Below, one piece after another: positions 22,077-31,461 of a DNA stretch of 64,000 nt. Each line of letters begins with the position of its first letter. Position 1 is the first letter of the stretch. This DNA is from Methylophilaceae bacterium (GTDB taxonomy: Bacteria; Pseudomonadota; Gammaproteobacteria; Burkholderiales; Methylophilaceae), in NCBI GenBank assembly GCA_028351715.1, contig JAOMKM010000005.1, forward strand, positions 1,283-65,282, written 5' to 3'. The position numbers were made by a program, and so were the translations under genes. A model generated the notes under the pieces. That model did no database searches, was not told the DNA's origin, and saw only the letters and a program-made list of their open reading frames with translations.

Positions 22077-23798
22077 CTATAAGTCCTCAGCTAAAATCAT
22101 CTCTGACAAGCCTTTTCCACTAGCAATCATAGGAAATACATTCTCTGATTGGTCTGTGATGAAATCCATAAATACTAATCGTTCTTTAAGTTTGGGGCCG
22201 AATGCCTCTTTTAATGCAGGCTCAATATCTGATGATTTCTCAATTTTCATACCTACATGACCATATGATTCTGCAAGCTTTACAAAGTCAGGAAGAGCAT
22301 CCATATAAGATTCTGCATAGCGATTACCATAGAAAAATTCTTGCCATTGCCTAACCATTCCCATGTAGCGATTATTTAGGTTAATAATTTTTACTGGCAG
22401 ATTAAATTGTTTGCAGGTGGAAAGTTCCTGAATACACATTTGAATAGACGCTTCACCAGTAACACATGCTACTTGAGAGTCTGGAAATGCTAATTGGCAA
22501 CCCATTGCGTAAGGTAATCCAACACCCATTGTTCCTAGTCCACCTGAGTTTATCCATCGCCTTGGTTTATCAAATGCGTAATATTGGGCTGCCCACATTT
22601 GGTGTTGCCCAACGTCAGAGGTCACAAATGCATCACCATTAGTAACCTTATGGAGCATTTGTATTACTCGTTGCGGTTTAATTTGCGAGCCATCATCTTT
22701 AAAAGCCATACAATCTTTATCAGCCCATTCTTTTATTTGCTTTAACCAGTCTGATGTAATTGATTTGTCATGGGTTTTTTTTATGTCCTTATAAGTCAAA
22801 ATAAACTCATCAAGAACATTCTTAACATCACCTACGATAGGCACATCAATTTTTACTCTTTTTGAGATAGATGCAGGATCAATATCTATGTGAATAATTT
22901 TTTTTGGTTTTGCTAAAAAGTTGTCAGGATTACCAATTACTCGATCGTCAAATCGAGCACCCACTGCAAGTAAGACATCGCATTCTTGCATTGCCATATT
23001 AGCTTGGTATGTTCCATGCATTCCTAGCATTCCTTGAAATTTACTATCAGAAGCTGGGAAGCCCCCTAAACCCATAAGTGTGCTAGTTACAGGAAACTCT
23101 AATTCATTTACAAAATTAGTCAATGATTCTGAAGCGTCTCCTAAAACAACACCACCCCCAGAATAAACCATGGGTTTTTTTGCATTTACTAAAAGATCAA
23201 TAGCTTTATTTATTTGACCGGTATGACCTTTAATTACAGGATTATATGATCTCATTGAAATTGTTTTGGGATAAATAAATTCTGCTTCTTCAGCTGTAAT
23301 ATCTTTTGGGATATCAACAAGGACAGGACCAGGTCTTCCAGTAGCAGCTAGATAAAATGCTTTTTTTATTGTTGATGCAATATTGTTAACATCTTTAACT
23401 AAAAAATTATGCTTAACACACGGACGAGTAATTCCTACAGTGTCACATTCTTGGAAAGCGTCCTGACCTATTGCGTGGGTTGGAACCTGCCCACTAATTA
23501 CAACCATAGGAATTGAATCCATAAAGGCTGTTGCAATGCCAGTCACAGCATTTGTTGCTCCGGGCCCAGAAGTAACTAGGGCAACACCAACTTTGCCTGT
23601 CGCACGAGAAAAAGCATCAGCAGCATGCACGGCAGCCTGTTCATGGCGAACAAGCACATGTTTGAATTGAGTTTGTTTAAAAATGGCATCATAAATATTT
23701 AGAACAGCCCCTCCAGGATATCCAAATACAAATTTAACGCTTTCTTTTTGAAGAGAGCGAATAACAATTTCTGCGCCAGTGATAATTTCAGGTTTCAT
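22077..23798 (-). CDS. ilvI: Acetolactate synthase large subunit
   Basis: FGYPGGA, RHEQ, TSGPGATN, DVGQHQMW, SGGLGTMG, MVRQWQ. Start placed at ATG 23798 (ORF track starts 23843). Confidence 0.95.
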   Translation of the reverse strand: MKPEIITGAEIVIRSLQKESVKFVFGYPGGAVLNIYDAIFKQTQFKHVLVRHEQAAVHAADAFSRATGKVGVALVTSGPGATNAVTGIATAFMDSIPMVVISGQVPTHAIGQDAFQECDTVGITRPCVKHNFLVKDVNNIASTIKKAFYLAATGRPGPVLVDIPKDITAEEAEFIYPKTISMRSYNPVIKGHTGQINKAIDLLVNAKKPMVYSGGGVVLGDASESLTNFVNELEFPVTSTLMGLGGFPASDSKFQGMLGMHGTYQANMAMQECDVLLAVGARFDDRVIGNPDNFLAKPKKIIHIDIDPASISKRVKIDVPIVGDVKNVLDEFILTYKDIKKTHDKSITSDWLKQIKEWADKDCMAFKDDGSQIKPQRVIQMLHKVTNGDAFVTSDVGQHQMWAAQYYAFDKPRRWINSGGLGTMGVGLPYAMGCQLAFPDSQVACVTGEASIQMCIQELSTCKQFNLPVKIINLNNRYMGMVRQWQEFFYGNRYAESYMDALPDFVKLAESYGHVGMKIEKSSDIEPALKEAFGPKLKERLVFMDFITDQSENVFPMIASGKGLSEMILAEDL

Positions 23799-23825
23799 GA
23801 AAAGAATAGGTCTTGATAAAACAGT

Positions 23826-23855
23826 AGAATACCTTGTTTGCACCTATTTGGTCAA
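23826..23855 (-). promoter_or_regulatory. Putative sigma70 promoter of ilvIHC
   Basis: Minus strand TTGACC-N18-TATTCT, about 27 nt before the ATG. Confidence 0.45.
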
Positions 23856-23866
23856 TTCAAAGCGAC

Positions 23867-24733
23867 CTAATTACGGTCAATTTTCATTGAAAAATCAATT
23901 GAATGAATATTTTTTGTAATAAACCCAACAGATATTCTAGGGACACCTGTTTTTGCAAAATTAATAATATTTTTTCTGTTGATGTTTCCTGATGCCTCGA
24001 GTATTGCTCTATTTTTATTAATTTTAATTGCTTCTTTAATTTTAGAGGCATTAAAATTATCAAGCAATATATTTTTTATTCCATAGCTTAATACTTTTTT
24101 CAGTTGTGAAAGATTTTCAACTTCAATTTGAATTTTATCAAATTCATTATCTAGTATAGCTTTATTTAATAAGTCAGATAAATTTACGAATGATTTGATA
24201 TGATTTTCTTTGATTAATGTTTGGTCATAAAGTCCTAGTCTTTGATTCTCCCCACCGCCAATTCTAACTGCATATTTTTGAGCGATACGAAGACCTGGAA
24301 TAGTTTTTCGTGTATCGAAGATCTTGGCGCTATATTTTTTAATTAGTCTAACCATAGTATTCGTTTCTGTTGCTGTAGCAGATAAAGTTTGTAAAAAATT
24401 TAAAGCAACTCTTTCTCCAGCTAATATATCAATATATCTGCCTTGTATCTGGCATATTGTTTGACCTTTTTTAATTGGCTGACCTTCAGATACAAGCCAA
24501 TTAATTTTTATTCTATTATTTAGTTTCTTGAAGCAAGAATTTACCCAGAGAGACCCACATAAAATTGCACTTTGATTGGATTTAATGGTTGCAATCCCTA
24601 ACTCATTTTTTGAAATTAGTCGGCTAGTTTTATCAATACTACCTAAATCTTCCTTAAGTGCTGCATTTACGTTAGTTAAGATAGCATCCTGAAGAACTTT
24701 TTTAGAAAAATTTAGTTTTATGTTGATAGACAT
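23867..24733 (-). CDS. nadC: Quinolinate phosphoribosyltransferase
   Basis: ERVALNF, DTRKTIPG, LIKENH, IEVE, LLDNF, EASG. Confidence 0.93.
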   Translation of the reverse strand: MSINIKLNFSKKVLQDAILTNVNAALKEDLGSIDKTSRLISKNELGIATIKSNQSAILCGSLWVNSCFKKLNNRIKINWLVSEGQPIKKGQTICQIQGRYIDILAGERVALNFLQTLSATATETNTMVRLIKKYSAKIFDTRKTIPGLRIAQKYAVRIGGGENQRLGLYDQTLIKENHIKSFVNLSDLLNKAILDNEFDKIQIEVENLSQLKKVLSYGIKNILLDNFNASKIKEAIKINKNRAILEASGNINRKNIINFAKTGVPRISVGFITKNIHSIDFSMKIDRN

Positions 24734-24743
24734 TTATTTTGTA

Positions 24744-25832
24744 TTACAAATTAATAGTATTTTTAATAAAACCACCACCAAGACATACGTTGCTTTCATA
24801 AATTACTAAGGACTGACCTGGTGTCATTGCTAATTGTTTTTGTCCAAACATGACCGTGCAACTATTGTTACTTATTTTGTCAATCTCGCATGCTGAATCA
24901 GATTGTCTATATCTTGTTTTTGCAGAGTAGACCCAATTAATTTTTGGATTGCCTTCTGAAATCCAGTGTATATCTGTCGCCACTACTCCATCTTTAAATA
25001 GCAGGGGATGCTGCTTTCCTTGGCCGACTATTAGCTGATTATTTTTAATATCCTTCTCTACTACAAACCATGGTTGCCCATTTCCCTTTTTTGAACCACC
25101 AATATTTAATCCTTTGCGCTGACCAATTGTATAAAAATTTACACCGTCATGTTCCCCAATAATATTATCATTAGTATCTAAAATAGAACCTGTCTTTGTT
25201 TTAATGTATTTAGCGAGAAATTGAGAGAATGGCCGCTCTCCTATGAAACAGATACCCGTTGAATCTTTCCTGTCATGATTATGTAATCGATTTTTTTTGG
25301 CAATGTTTCTTACGTCACTTTTTAGAAGCCTACCTAAAGGAAATAATGATTTTGAGAGCTGCGTTTGATTTAATCTATACAAAAAGTAACTTTGGTCTTT
25401 TGTTCCATCATTTCCCTTAAGCAGCTGGTATTTTCCATCAATCTCATTAATATTTGCATAGTGACCCGTTGCAATTTTATCTGCCCCTAATTTCATGGCA
25501 TGCTCTAAAAAAGCATTAAATTTTATTTCTGAATTACATAAGATGTCAGGATTTGGAGTTATTCCATTTTCTATACCATCGATAAAAAGTGAAAAAACCT
25601 TTTCTTTGTATTCTTTTGCAAAATTTACAACATCAATATCAATCCCAATTCTCTCAGCAACAGAAACTGCATCAATTAGATCTTGTTTGCTTGAGCAGTA
25701 TTCGTCATCATCATCATCTTCCCAGTTCTTCATAAATAGGGCGGTAACATTGTACCCTTGTTCTTTTAGAAGCCATGCAGTTACTGCTGAGTCGACTCCA
25801 CCAGAAAGGCCTACAATAATATTTTTTTTCAT
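24744..25832 (-). CDS. mnmA: tRNA 2-thiouridylase
   Basis: [39 protein letters not shown]. Confidence 0.97.
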   Translation of the reverse strand: MKKNIIVGLSGGVDSAVTAWLLKEQGYNVTALFMKNWEDDDDDEYCSSKQDLIDAVSVAERIGIDIDVVNFAKEYKEKVFSLFIDGIENGITPNPDILCNSEIKFNAFLEHAMKLGADKIATGHYANINEIDGKYQLLKGNDGTKDQSYFLYRLNQTQLSKSLFPLGRLLKSDVRNIAKKNRLHNHDRKDSTGICFIGERPFSQFLAKYIKTKTGSILDTNDNIIGEHDGVNFYTIGQRKGLNIGGSKKGNGQPWFVVEKDIKNNQLIVGQGKQHPLLFKDGVVATDIHWISEGNPKINWVYSAKTRYRQSDSACEIDKISNNSCTVMFGQKQLAMTPGQSLVIYESNVCLGGGFIKNTINL

Positions 25833-25839
25833 AGCCTTA

Positions 25840-26694
25840 TTATTTACTGAGTTCTTTAGATCTTTTATGTGCAGCTTTTACCGCCTGCTTAATAATCGTA
25901 TCTAATTTTTTTTGTTTGAAAACATCAATAGCTTTTTCGGTTGTACCACCTTTTGAGGAGACCTTAACAATTTCACTTTCAAGATTCTCTATACCTTTAC
26001 CTGTTTCACCAGCCCCAATAATAGTTTGTGCAACCAATCTTTGTGCGTCACTTCTTTTTAACCCAATCTCCTCAGCAGCTTCAATCATTGCATTCATGAT
26101 GTAATAAATGTAAGCAGGACCACTCCCTGATATAGCAGTAACAGAATCAAGATCTGATTCCTGTTTCACCCACAACACTTGTCCAATTGAGGCAAAAATT
26201 TGAGAAACCGTGGAACCAACTGCACTTTTCTTTTTTACATTATTTTTACCATCATAAAAAATACCTGTGATAGCTTTACCTTTTTTTGCACATAAATTTG
26301 GCATTACTCGAGCAATTCGGTCTGGGGGATATTCTAAATATTTTATAATCTTTGATGTATTAACTCCTGCAGCAATTGAAATTACAAAGGGTGAATTAGT
26401 CAAACTTTTTATTTGGGTGCATACAGATTTTATTTGAGCAGGCTTTACTGCTAACAAAATAATATCGAAATAAGAGAGCTTATTCCTGCTCAATTGTTTA
26501 ATTATTTTAGTATGATGACTTAGAAAGAATTCTCCTGAATCGATTGAGCTCATTTTTTTAATTTCTTTAATTCTTTTGTTGCTTTTTTCAATAAGAAAAA
26601 TATTTTCGTAGAGACTTTTATCCATTCTTTGGTAAATAGCCAGTGCCATATTTCCAAAACCAATAAAATAAAAATCTCTTTTTGTTTTAGCCAT
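25840..26694 (-). CDS. proC: Pyrroline-5-carboxylate reductase
   Basis: [37 protein letters not shown]. Confidence 0.92.
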   Translation of the reverse strand: MAKTKRDFYFIGFGNMALAIYQRMDKSLYENIFLIEKSNKRIKEIKKMSSIDSGEFFLSHHTKIIKQLSRNKLSYFDIILLAVKPAQIKSVCTQIKSLTNSPFVISIAAGVNTSKIIKYLEYPPDRIARVMPNLCAKKGKAITGIFYDGKNNVKKKSAVGSTVSQIFASIGQVLWVKQESDLDSVTAISGSGPAYIYYIMNAMIEAAEEIGLKRSDAQRLVAQTIIGAGETGKGIENLESEIVKVSSKGGTTEKAIDVFKQKKLDTIIKQAVKAAHKRSKELSK

Positions 26695-27364
26695 TATGTT
26701 CTTTTACCAAAAATTTTACTTCCTATTCGTACAAGATTAGACCCATTTTCTATCGCTAACAAGTAGTCGTTAGACATTCCCATTGATAAAGTATCAACCG
26801 ATGAATATTCTTTCTTTAGGCTTTCATAAATAAATTTTAATTGTTTGTATTCATTTTTTAGGATTTCATTATCACTTGTATTTGAAGGGATTGCCATGAG
26901 ACCTCTTAAAGTTAATTTATCTAGATTGTTAATATGCTTTGCGAGAGAGTCTATTTCATTAATTTTTAATCCACTTTTACTGTCTTCATTACTAATATTT
27001 ACTTGCATACAGACATTAAGTAATATTTTTTCTTTAAGTGAATCATTCAATTTATTTGCTACTTTGGTTCGGTCTACACTATGGACCCATGAAAAATTTT
27101 CAGCGATTAATTTACATTTATTACTCTGTATTGGCCCAATAAAGTGCCACTCAATTTTATAATCTGTAAGATTTTTTTGTTTATCAATAGCCTCTTGAAG
27201 ATAATTTTCACCAAAAATATTATGACCAGATTTTAAGGCTTCTATAATTTTTTCATGCCCTTGCCCTTTGCTAACTGCAACAAGGCGTACAGCTTCTTTT
27301 TGTTGAGAATTATTTTGTTTTAACTCATTAATAATACTAAGTATATTTTTTTAATTAGTGACAT
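26694..27364 (-). pseudogene. yggS: YggS/PLPBP pyridoxal-phosphate homeostasis protein, frameshifted near the 5' end (real change or assembly error)
   Basis: The frame upstream of the tracked 118-aa ORF reads LVAVSK, FGENYLQEA, WHFIGPIQSNK, HSVDR and continues into GLMAIP/LSMGMS/VRIGSKIFG. The ATG at 27364 is out of frame by 1 nt at an A7 run (27346-27352). Confidence 0.85.
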
Positions 27365-27374
27365 ATCTTAAAAT

Positions 27375-27409
27375 AAAAAAAACCAAGCTAAATAGCTTGG
27401 TTTTTTTTT
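27375..27409. terminator. Intrinsic terminator downstream of the H1-like gene
   Basis: A8-CCAAGCTA-AA-TAGCTTGG-T9. Confidence 0.85.
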
Positions 27410-27434
27410 AGGAATTAATTTCAAACCCTTACTA

Positions 27435-27671
27435 TTACTTTTTCTTAGCTGCTGGTTTTTTCTTAGCTACAACTTTTTTCTTAGCTACAACTTTTTTCTT
27501 AGCTACAACTTTTTTCTTAGCTGCTGGTTTTTTCTTAGCTGCTGGTTTTTTCTTAGCTGCTGGTTTTTTCTTAGCTACAACTTTTTTCTTAGCTGCTGGT
27601 TTTTTTTTAGCAGTTGTTGTTTTAGGTGTTGAATCTTTTCCAAATAAAGCATTAAAGAATTTCTCTAGCAT
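27435..27671 (-). CDS. Histone H1-like Lys/Ala-rich small protein
   Basis: 78 aa, nine AKKK(PA/VV) units plus a partial unit, G-rich RBS, own terminator. Confidence 0.85.
   Translation of the reverse strand: MLEKFFNALFGKDSTPKTTTAKKKPAAKKKVVAKKKPAAKKKPAAKKKPAAKKKVVAKKKVVAKKKVVAKKKPAAKKK
27438..27611 (-). repeat. Coding 18-bp tandem repeat with two variants
   Basis: GCTAAGAAAAAACCAGCA and GCTAAGAAAAAAGTTGTA units, about 9.7 copies. Confidence 0.95.
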
Positions 27672-27742
27672 ATATCCCCCCGGTATGTTTTAGAAGTTTT
27701 TTTGTAAACTTAGCTGATTATATATCTAAAAATATTTTTTTA

Positions 27743-28696
27743 TCAAATATTTTTATCAATAAGCATTGTCATGACTGCCATCCTTATAGCTATACCAAAT
27801 GTTACTTGTGCCAATATAACTGACTGAGCTGAATCTGCAACTTCCGTTTGTATCTCTACCCCTCTATTAATTGGACCTGGGTGCATTACGATTGCATTTT
27901 TTTTCGCCAATTTCATTAGCTCTGTTGTTAGCCCAAATGATTCAAAATAATTTTCTTCTGAGGGAATAATTTCTTGCTGCATTCTTTCTTTTTGAATACG
28001 CAACATCATTACTACATCAACATCACTTATACCTGATTCCATATCATTGAATTCCATAAATTTGTTTTGATCAATATCATCTGGCATGAATATTTTTGGT
28101 CCAACTAATCGAATTTCAGATACCCCTAATATTGAAAGTGCATGCATTTCAGATCTAGCAACCCTTGAGTGCTTGATATCACCAATAATTGCTATTTTAA
28201 GGCCATCGAAATCTTTCTTATACTTTCTAATTGTGAATGCATCAAGAAGCCCTTGTGTTGGATGAGAATTATTTCCATCCCCAGCATTAATTATATGCAC
28301 GTCTTTATTAACATTGCTTGCAATATATTCTGGCATTCCAGATTCAGGATGCCGGATAACAAATATATTTCCGCTCATAGCTATAAGGTTGTTAATAGTG
28401 TCTATAATTGATTCACCTTTTGATTGCGAAGATGAGGATATATCTAGGTTCAAGACGTCTGCCGACAATCTTTTTGCTGCAATTTCAAATGTTGTTCTTG
28501 TTCTAGTGCTGTTCTCAAAGAAAAGATTACAAACAGTCTTTCCTCTAAGTAGAGGTACTTTTTTTACATCATTTTTTCCAATCTTTAGAAATGTTTCTGC
28601 AATATCAAAAATTTTAATAATTAATTCTTTGTTCATTCCCTCTATAGATAGTAGATGTTGAAAATTATCTTTTTTTGTTATTTGAATATTTGACAT
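27743..28696 (-). CDS. pyrB: Aspartate carbamoyltransferase catalytic subunit
   Basis: [33 protein letters not shown]. Confidence 0.96.
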   Translation of the reverse strand: MSNIQITKKDNFQHLLSIEGMNKELIIKIFDIAETFLKIGKNDVKKVPLLRGKTVCNLFFENSTRTRTTFEIAAKRLSADVLNLDISSSSQSKGESIIDTINNLIAMSGNIFVIRHPESGMPEYIASNVNKDVHIINAGDGNNSHPTQGLLDAFTIRKYKKDFDGLKIAIIGDIKHSRVARSEMHALSILGVSEIRLVGPKIFMPDDIDQNKFMEFNDMESGISDVDVVMMLRIQKERMQQEIIPSEENYFESFGLTTELMKLAKKNAIVMHPGPINRGVEIQTEVADSAQSVILAQVTFGIAIRMAVMTMLIDKNI

Positions 28697-29187
28697 TAAG
28701 TCTCTCTAGACCTAAAAATTAATTTTTCATCTTTTTTTATTAAGTCAATATATTCATGAAAAGGAATATTAATTTTACATGATGAAAAGTCGGGTCTAAT
28801 TGGAAGTTCATTCATCTCTCTATCAATTAAAACAAATAATTTAATTTCTTTGGGTCGCCCAAAGTCAAATAATTCATTCATTGCTGCACGAATTGTTCTT
28901 CCGGTATAAAAGACATCATCAATTAGAATAATTCTTTTCCCATCTACATTAAAATTTATTGAAGTAGTTTTTTCTCTGACTTTTAAGCCTGATATATCAA
29001 GATCATCCCTATAGAAAGAACAATCGATTAATCCATAATTTATATTAAGCTTAATTTTTTTCTTTAATTCATTTAGTATCAGATTTCCTCCGTTGGGAAT
29101 ACCAATTAAACATGTATTAATATCGATATCTTTACTGATCTCTTCATAAAGTTGTTCTATAAGATCTGTTGGTTCAGGAAGTGACAT
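28696..29187 (-). CDS. pyrR: PyrR (UPRTase-fold pyrimidine regulator)
   Basis: [39 protein letters not shown]. Confidence 0.9.
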   Translation of the reverse strand: MSLPEPTDLIEQLYEEISKDIDINTCLIGIPNGGNLILNELKKKIKLNINYGLIDCSFYRDDLDISGLKVREKTTSINFNVDGKRIILIDDVFYTGRTIRAAMNELFDFGRPKEIKLFVLIDREMNELPIRPDFSSCKINIPFHEYIDLIKKDEKLIFRSRET

Positions 29188-29647
29188 TTAGACTTCTTTC
29201 AAAATATGATTCTAAAATAATTTGAGCTGCAACTTGATCTATAACACCATTTTTCTTTTTATATTTTCCGTTTGAAGCAATTAATAATGATTCAGCTTCG
29301 ACCGATGTATATCTTTCATCAACTAGTATTGTTGGAACATTAAATTTGTTAATAATTTTTTCTGAAAATTTTTTCACAAGTAATGTAAGTCTACTTTCAC
29401 TTCCATTTTCATTAAGCGGTAATCCAATAACGATGAGTCCTGGAGTCCATTCAGCAATAAGCTCTTCTATTGCTTTATAGCGCTCCGCCTTTTTAGATGA
29501 AATAATAGTCTTTAGTGGATGTGTTGTTTGTGTAAATTGATTGCCTATAGCAAAACCTATTTTAGTTTCACCAAAGTCTAATGAGAGAACATTACTTTTA
29601 CTGCTTGAATTTATTATTGATTTTGTGCTCATATTATTCATATGCAT
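29174..29647 (-). CDS. ruvX: YqgF/RuvX pre-16S rRNA nuclease
   Basis: LDFGETKIGFA, VIGLP, VDERYTS, DQVAAQIILE; exact start uncertain among three Met codons. Confidence 0.9.
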   Translation of the reverse strand: MHMNNMSTKSIINSSSKSNVLSLDFGETKIGFAIGNQFTQTTHPLKTIISSKKAERYKAIEELIAEWTPGLIVIGLPLNENGSESRLTLLVKKFSEKIINKFNVPTILVDERYTSVEAESLLIASNGKYKKKNGVIDQVAAQIILESYFERSLNVTS

Positions 29648-29749
29648 ACAATAAATAAGGAAAAATAACAGCTTGTTTAATATATAGAAGTAACTAATTT
29701 TTTAGTATAAATTTCCAATAAAAGGATAGTAACATAATTTAACGTCTAA

Positions 29750-30829
29750 TTATTTATTTTCAATAAATTCAATCACTTGAAGCCCATATCCAATCATGCT
29801 TGGCATTTTTCTTGGTGATGCGAGCAACCTCATTTTTGATACTCCAATATCGACTAGTATTTGTGAGCCAATCCCATAATTCCTCAAATCGTTCTTATTA
29901 TTAATCTTCGGGGTTTCTTCGTGTAATAGACTTGCAATTTCAGATTGCGACTCGTGATAGTTAAGGAAAATAATTACTCCTCTTTCTTCATTATTAATTA
30001 GTTCTAATGCTTTTAGAGGAGACCAGGAATGGTTTTTATCTTTTTCAATAAAATCAAATATAGTAAGAGGTGCATGAACTCTAACGAGAACTTCATCTTC
30101 TTTTCTTATCTGACCTTTTACGAGAGCAATATGTGTATTTTTTGAGAGTAAGTCTGAATAAGCAATAAGTCGCATTTGACCATAATCAGTTTCTATTGGC
30201 TTTTCACTAATTTTCTTTATAAGCTTTTCAGATTTACTCCTAAATTCAATTAAATCAGCAATTGTTCCTATTTTTATTTTATGTTTAGTAGAGAATTTTA
30301 TTAAATCTGGTAGGCGAGCCATATTGCCATCATCGTTAAGTATCTCACAAATTACAGAGGCTGGTTGAAGGCCTGAGAGTCCCGCGAGATCGCAACCAGC
30401 TTCAGTATGCCCAGCTCGGTAGAGAACACCACCCGGATGAGCAAGCAACGGAAATATATGTCCCGGTCTAGTTATACTGGTGTAGTTTGCGTTTATATCA
30501 ATTGCCGTCTTAATCGTATTAGCCCTATCAGCAGCAGAAATTCCAGTACTTATTCCCTTGGCAGCATCAATTGAAACAGTAAAATTAGTACCGAGTTTAC
30601 CTTCGTTGTCTTTGACCATTAGAGGCAACTTAAGCTGGTTACATTTCTCTTCAGTAAGTGTGAGGCATATTAGACCTCTTCCATGCTTCGCCATAAAATT
30701 TATGTGGTCTGATGAAATAAAGTCAGCTGCAACCACTAAGTCACCTTCATTTTCTCTATCTTCGTCGTCTACTAAAATCACCATCTTGCCATTTTGTAGA
30801 TCTTTTATTATTTCATTGGTTGTATGCAT
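29750..30829 (-). CDS. ribB: DHBP synthase fused to a degenerate GTP cyclohydrolase II domain (RibBX type)
   Basis: DDEDRENEGD, TGISAADR, PGHIFPL, GHTEA; C-domain LVRVH..YGIGSQIL lacks the Zn-binding Cys residues. Confidence 0.9.
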   Translation of the reverse strand: MHTTNEIIKDLQNGKMVILVDDEDRENEGDLVVAADFISSDHINFMAKHGRGLICLTLTEEKCNQLKLPLMVKDNEGKLGTNFTVSIDAAKGISTGISAADRANTIKTAIDINANYTSITRPGHIFPLLAHPGGVLYRAGHTEAGCDLAGLSGLQPASVICEILNDDGNMARLPDLIKFSTKHKIKIGTIADLIEFRSKSEKLIKKISEKPIETDYGQMRLIAYSDLLSKNTHIALVKGQIRKEDEVLVRVHAPLTIFDFIEKDKNHSWSPLKALELINNEERGVIIFLNYHESQSEIASLLHEETPKINNKNDLRNYGIGSQILVDIGVSKMRLLASPRKMPSMIGYGLQVIEFIENK

Positions 30830-30830
30830 T

Positions 30831-31418
30831 TTAATTTTTAGCCAGAATGGTTTCTACATATCGTGCAAGCATATCCACCTCAATATTTAAAGAATCATTA
30901 ATTTTATTAAATTTAAATGACGTATGTTCCAATGTGAACGGAATAAGATTGATCTTAAATATACCGTTTTTGATTTCGTTTACTGTAAGGCTTACGCCAT
31001 TAATTGAAATTGAGCCTTTTTTTGCTATGTATTTTGATAGTGACATTGGAGCTTTTATTGCCCATACTTCGCAACCATCTTTTTGTTTGATATCAATTAG
31101 CTCTGCAACACCATCCACATGACCAAATACAAAATGCCCAGATATTTTTCCGTTGAATTTTAATGATGTCTCTAAGTTAACGTGGTCCTTAACTCTAAAA
31201 GGATTAATTTTGTTTAATGATTCATTTGAAATATCAAATTTAAGATTTATATCATTAAAGCTTACTAGAGTAAGGCAAATCCCATTAACTGAAATACTCT
31301 CTCCAAGCTCTAAATTTCTTAATTTATTATTGTCATAATTTATACATGCTTGAATATCGCCCCCATTATTATCTAAGGACTCGATTTTTCCAATTGATTC
31401 AATAATTCCAGTAAACAT
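30831..31418 (-). CDS. ribE: Riboflavin synthase (alpha type)
   Basis: MFTGII, SVNGICLT, GHFVFGHVDG, KGSISINGVSLT, NIEVD. Confidence 0.95.
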   Translation of the reverse strand: MFTGIIESIGKIESLDNNGGDIQACINYDNNKLRNLELGESISVNGICLTLVSFNDINLKFDISNESLNKINPFRVKDHVNLETSLKFNGKISGHFVFGHVDGVAELIDIKQKDGCEVWAIKAPMSLSKYIAKKGSISINGVSLTVNEIKNGIFKINLIPFTLEHTSFKFNKINDSLNIEVDMLARYVETILAKN

Positions 31419-31461
31419 GCCATAATTCTAGCAGAATGAATAACTTCAATCCTAATTAATA

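Noticed and set aside
21688-22260. 190-aa plus-strand ORF, and the many other 60-140 aa antisense ORFs in the track
   Set aside because: They lie opposite well-supported genes, are Ser/Ile-rich mirror frames and show no motifs; shadow ORFs
23799-23866. ilv attenuator or leader peptide
   Set aside because: Only 68 bp, with no Ile/Leu/Val-rich leader ORF or terminator hairpin visible
25700-25722. (TCA)n microsatellite in mnmA
   Set aside because: Encodes the ordinary acidic WEDDDDDE loop of MnmA
26694-27050. 118-aa ORF as a stand-alone short protein
   Set aside because: It is the C-terminal half of the frameshifted yggS
27438-27611. Regular repeat array considered as a CRISPR
   Set aside because: Contiguous in-frame 18-bp units without unique spacers, and no cas genes nearby
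31419-31461. FMN riboswitch upstream of ribE-ribB
   Set aside because: The 43-bp divergent gap is far too short and no FMN aptamer motif is visible
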